A DNA stretch of 62,518 bases, filler included, from Globobulimina sp. (Eukaryota): NCBI GenBank assembly GCA_003354225.1. It is 22 parts of 22 records of this genome, joined end to end, with 100 filler letters (N's around TTAATTAATTAA, not from the genome) between each part and the next. Parts side by side here need not be neighbours in the genome. Positions count along the whole stretch, not along the records: positions 59,775 to 62,518 come from PIVH01005104.1; 21 more parts are not named here. One strand, 5' to 3'. The stretch's first letter is position 1; every line of letters begins with the position of its first letter. This document shows positions 59,775 to 62,518 of this stretch, piece after piece. The position numbers and the translations under genes are program-made. The notes beneath the pieces are model-generated. The model saw nothing but the letters and a program-made list of their open reading frames with translations. It did no database searches and was not told where the DNA came from.

Positions 59775-62386
59775 CTGTCCTTTTTTTATTTTCTCTCCAA
59801 TCTCATCCATAACATTTGGATAACTGCGCAATATTTCACCTCGTTGTCTGGCGTCCCGTGATGTTAATAAATCTGCCAATCTCTCCTTCAACGCACCTTT
59901 TGCTTTTGTGTCTGTCTCACACTCTTTAATCCATGAACTTATTTGATTTGCATCGGTTACTGCATTAAAACCATATGGTTTGCCAATAATTGAAGGATTA
60001 AATTGCAACAATCCATCTCGATATTGCAAGGGTACATTGTTCTTATTATCATCATCATTGTCCTCTTTCCTGTCATAATCAATTGCAACGTTAACCACTC
60101 GATCTTTCATTTGTATGCTAGTTAAACTTAACAAACTTAATAAAATATGTTGATAACAGGACGATTGCGTACAATCTTCAATCCATTGTCTCGTAGTTTT
60201 ACCATCACCAAATCTTTGATTATTTGTAAATTGATGCTCAATCTCTGCCAAATCAATCTGCGATCTCGATAATAATATTCGTTGCAATGCGTCATGGTCA
60301 ATGCCAGCAAATGTTTTTGAATTTTTTAAAATCTCACTCAATTTCTCTGCAAACAATGTATGCACTGAATGGGAAACACAAAGAATAGTTAACGCCGCTT
60401 TACGCGCAGCGGATTTATTTGGATTTGCTTTTTTTAATCGATATATTAATGAGATTTGTGTTTGTGTCTCAAATATATTGCATAGAATATTTAAATGGCT
60501 CCAACTTCGATTGACGACTAAATCACATAATATATTCCACGCAGTGTCATCGTTATTATTCTTATTTTTTGCATCATTTAAATATTCTTTTATTCGTTTG
60601 ACATCATTAGCTGCCCATTTCTTATCCACTGCATCGACAGACATTTCATTTCGTTTTATTAACTCAATCAAAGTGTTGCACATTAACACAAATGTCTGGT
60701 CTTTATTATTAAACGCATTCTCAATATCGACGCATAAATCAGTCTCATATAATTGACTATATTTTTCTTTTAATAGTTTAATTTCTTGATTAGTTTTGGT
60801 AAATAATATTTCAATCACATCATCTTCATTCTTTTTATTGATTGCTTTATTAATCCATTCTGCTGCGCATTCACTTAATGGCCGCAACATTAAATCTAAT
60901 AATTTCAACACATTTTTATTCTTTGAATATAATGCAAATTTATCACGTAATGTGACCCCAACTAACAATTCTTTATTGATTTCTGACCGTTGGGTGTCAT
61001 TACATTTTATTAACACATTGACTGATTTCAAAATTCTCTCTTTTGGATTATTTGTTAAAGTATCGATGGCTGTATTCAGTTTCTTGCAATATTCTTCAAT
61101 TGAAAATATATTTGAATCTATACCGATTATCGTTGGTGAGGTTGCTACAAATTGTAATTGGTCAAATCCATTGCTATTAATATTAACATTATCATCCTCT
61201 TTTTCATCCTCATCATCCTTCTCATCCTTTGCATCATCATCGACCTCACCCTCGACACCAACAACATCCATTATCATTATAAGAGACATAAAATCGTTGA
61301 GAAACATTTTCTTTGTGATTAGTGGTTGAGAATTAGTTTTTAATTCAAATATTTGACTCTCATTTAAAATATTTACACATTCTTTCTGTTGTAAGCTATA
61401 TTTCTGCGCATTGTCAATTACAATAAATTCATCAATATATCTGAGTTTAATTAATTGTATAAATTGCTTAAAAATTGTATTTAAACTGGAGGAAGATAAC
61501 AATATTTGATCATTACCGTCAATATCTATTTTATTCCATATTTTCAATAAATTGGTCTCATCGTTTTTATAGTCACCTAAATGTTTTTGAAAATATTCTA
61601 AAGGTAATTCAAATGCTTGCAATTGTATTATTGGTGTTACATCTCGCAATTGTGTTAATTGTTGAATTTCATCTTTTAACCGCATAATTTGCAATGATTT
61701 TGCTTCTAATAATTCCTGTAAGCCATCCGCTCTTCGTCTGTCATCCTGTAAACTCTCATTCTCTTCTTTTAATCTTTTTAATTTGTCCTCAAAGCCCGCA
61801 ATTTCTACCTTCCAACTGTCCTTTTCCTCGATAAGTGCACTTATTCTCTCGTCTTTTTCTTTCAATTCTTCAACAAAAGCATTATTTTTCTCTGCCTCAT
61901 TTGTTTCACTTTCTCTATAATATTATATATTGTTTGTGTTTGTGTGTTTTTGTGGGAATAATTATATTATGTATCAAACCGATATTTTTTGTCGTGATCT
62001 TCACGTTGAAGTGTATATTGTTGTAATTTATCCTGTAATTTAGTCATTTTTTCTTGTAATTGTGCATAATTAGCATCAATATGATTTGTGTGAGTTTGTT
62101 TTTCTTTTAATAATTGTTGAAGTTGTGCTTTTTCATAGTTTTTTTCATTAATTTCTGTTTGATATTGAGTTAATTGTGAATTCAATGATTTTATTTCTTT
62201 TGATAATTGTTGACATGTTTCGTGTTCTTTTGTTAGTTCTTCTTGTAAACGTGTAATTAGTTTCTTTTGTTCGGATAAAGCGGATTCGTCCAGTTTCGAA
62301 TCATCACCGACATCACGACTTCGCTTATTCAAGAAAGTCGTGCTGTCAGTTTCAGCGTTGCAAAAAGAGATAAAATTGAAAGCCAT
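59775..62386 (-). CDS. Large annexin-repeat protein with an N-terminal coiled coil and EF-hand-like motif; spliced, 3'-partial
   Basis: Intron 61915-61979 joins ORFs 61967-62386 and 59727-61865 (KKYR/ESETNE). EF-hand-like IWNKIDIDGNDQI. Annexin repeats VIEILFTKTNQEIKLLKEKYSQLYETDL and GIDHDALQRILLSRSQIDLAEIEHQF. Confidence 0.8.
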
Positions 62387-62518
62387 GGTTTGTCAAACAA
62401 TACCAACAAAAACTTGAGCATAAAGCATGGGAAAAAAGCAAGCAAATGACTCTAAAAAAGAACAAGACGAAGAAGAAGAAAACCAAAATGTAAACATTGT
62501 TAATTTAAATGGTGACAC

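Overview
This window is not one locus. It is 22 unrelated contigs of about 2.75 kb, ordered by decreasing length (2748 down to 2744 nt) and joined by identical 100-nt linkers (44 N + TTAATTAATTAA + 44 N), so gene neighbourhood means nothing across linkers. The DNA is AT-rich, gene-dense and eukaryotic, with mostly short (about 50-75 nt) GT-AG introns. The gene families suggest a protist, probably a foraminiferan; this is inference. Recognisable genes: EMC4, a fungal-type homocitrate synthase, CFIm25/NUDT21, a transcriptional cyclin, a TilS-like PP-loop ATPase, an FH2 formin, an ABCG half-transporter, OST-alpha/TMEM184, XK-like, SPRY, MATH, C2H2 and annexin proteins. Mobile-element remnants: Helitron Rep, an RLE non-LTR retrotransposon, a DIRS-type tyrosine recombinase and a nested palindrome. 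The most interesting items are (1) a spliced MJ1316 + Cid1/PAP-type nucleotidyltransferase + nocturnin-like EEP phosphatase fusion, a candidate one-protein RNA end-healing and tailing enzyme; (2) an intronless T4 Rnl1-type RNA ligase; (3) a contig with an exact 119-nt terminal repeat (a 2626-bp circle or tandem unit) encoding a secreted Cys-rich and Asp/Gly-rich protein; and (4) a branched palindrome with a GCGAAGC apex. Several frameshifts and GC-rich bacterial-looking contig ends look like assembly or amplification artefacts. All family calls come from motif recognition; no database searches were run.
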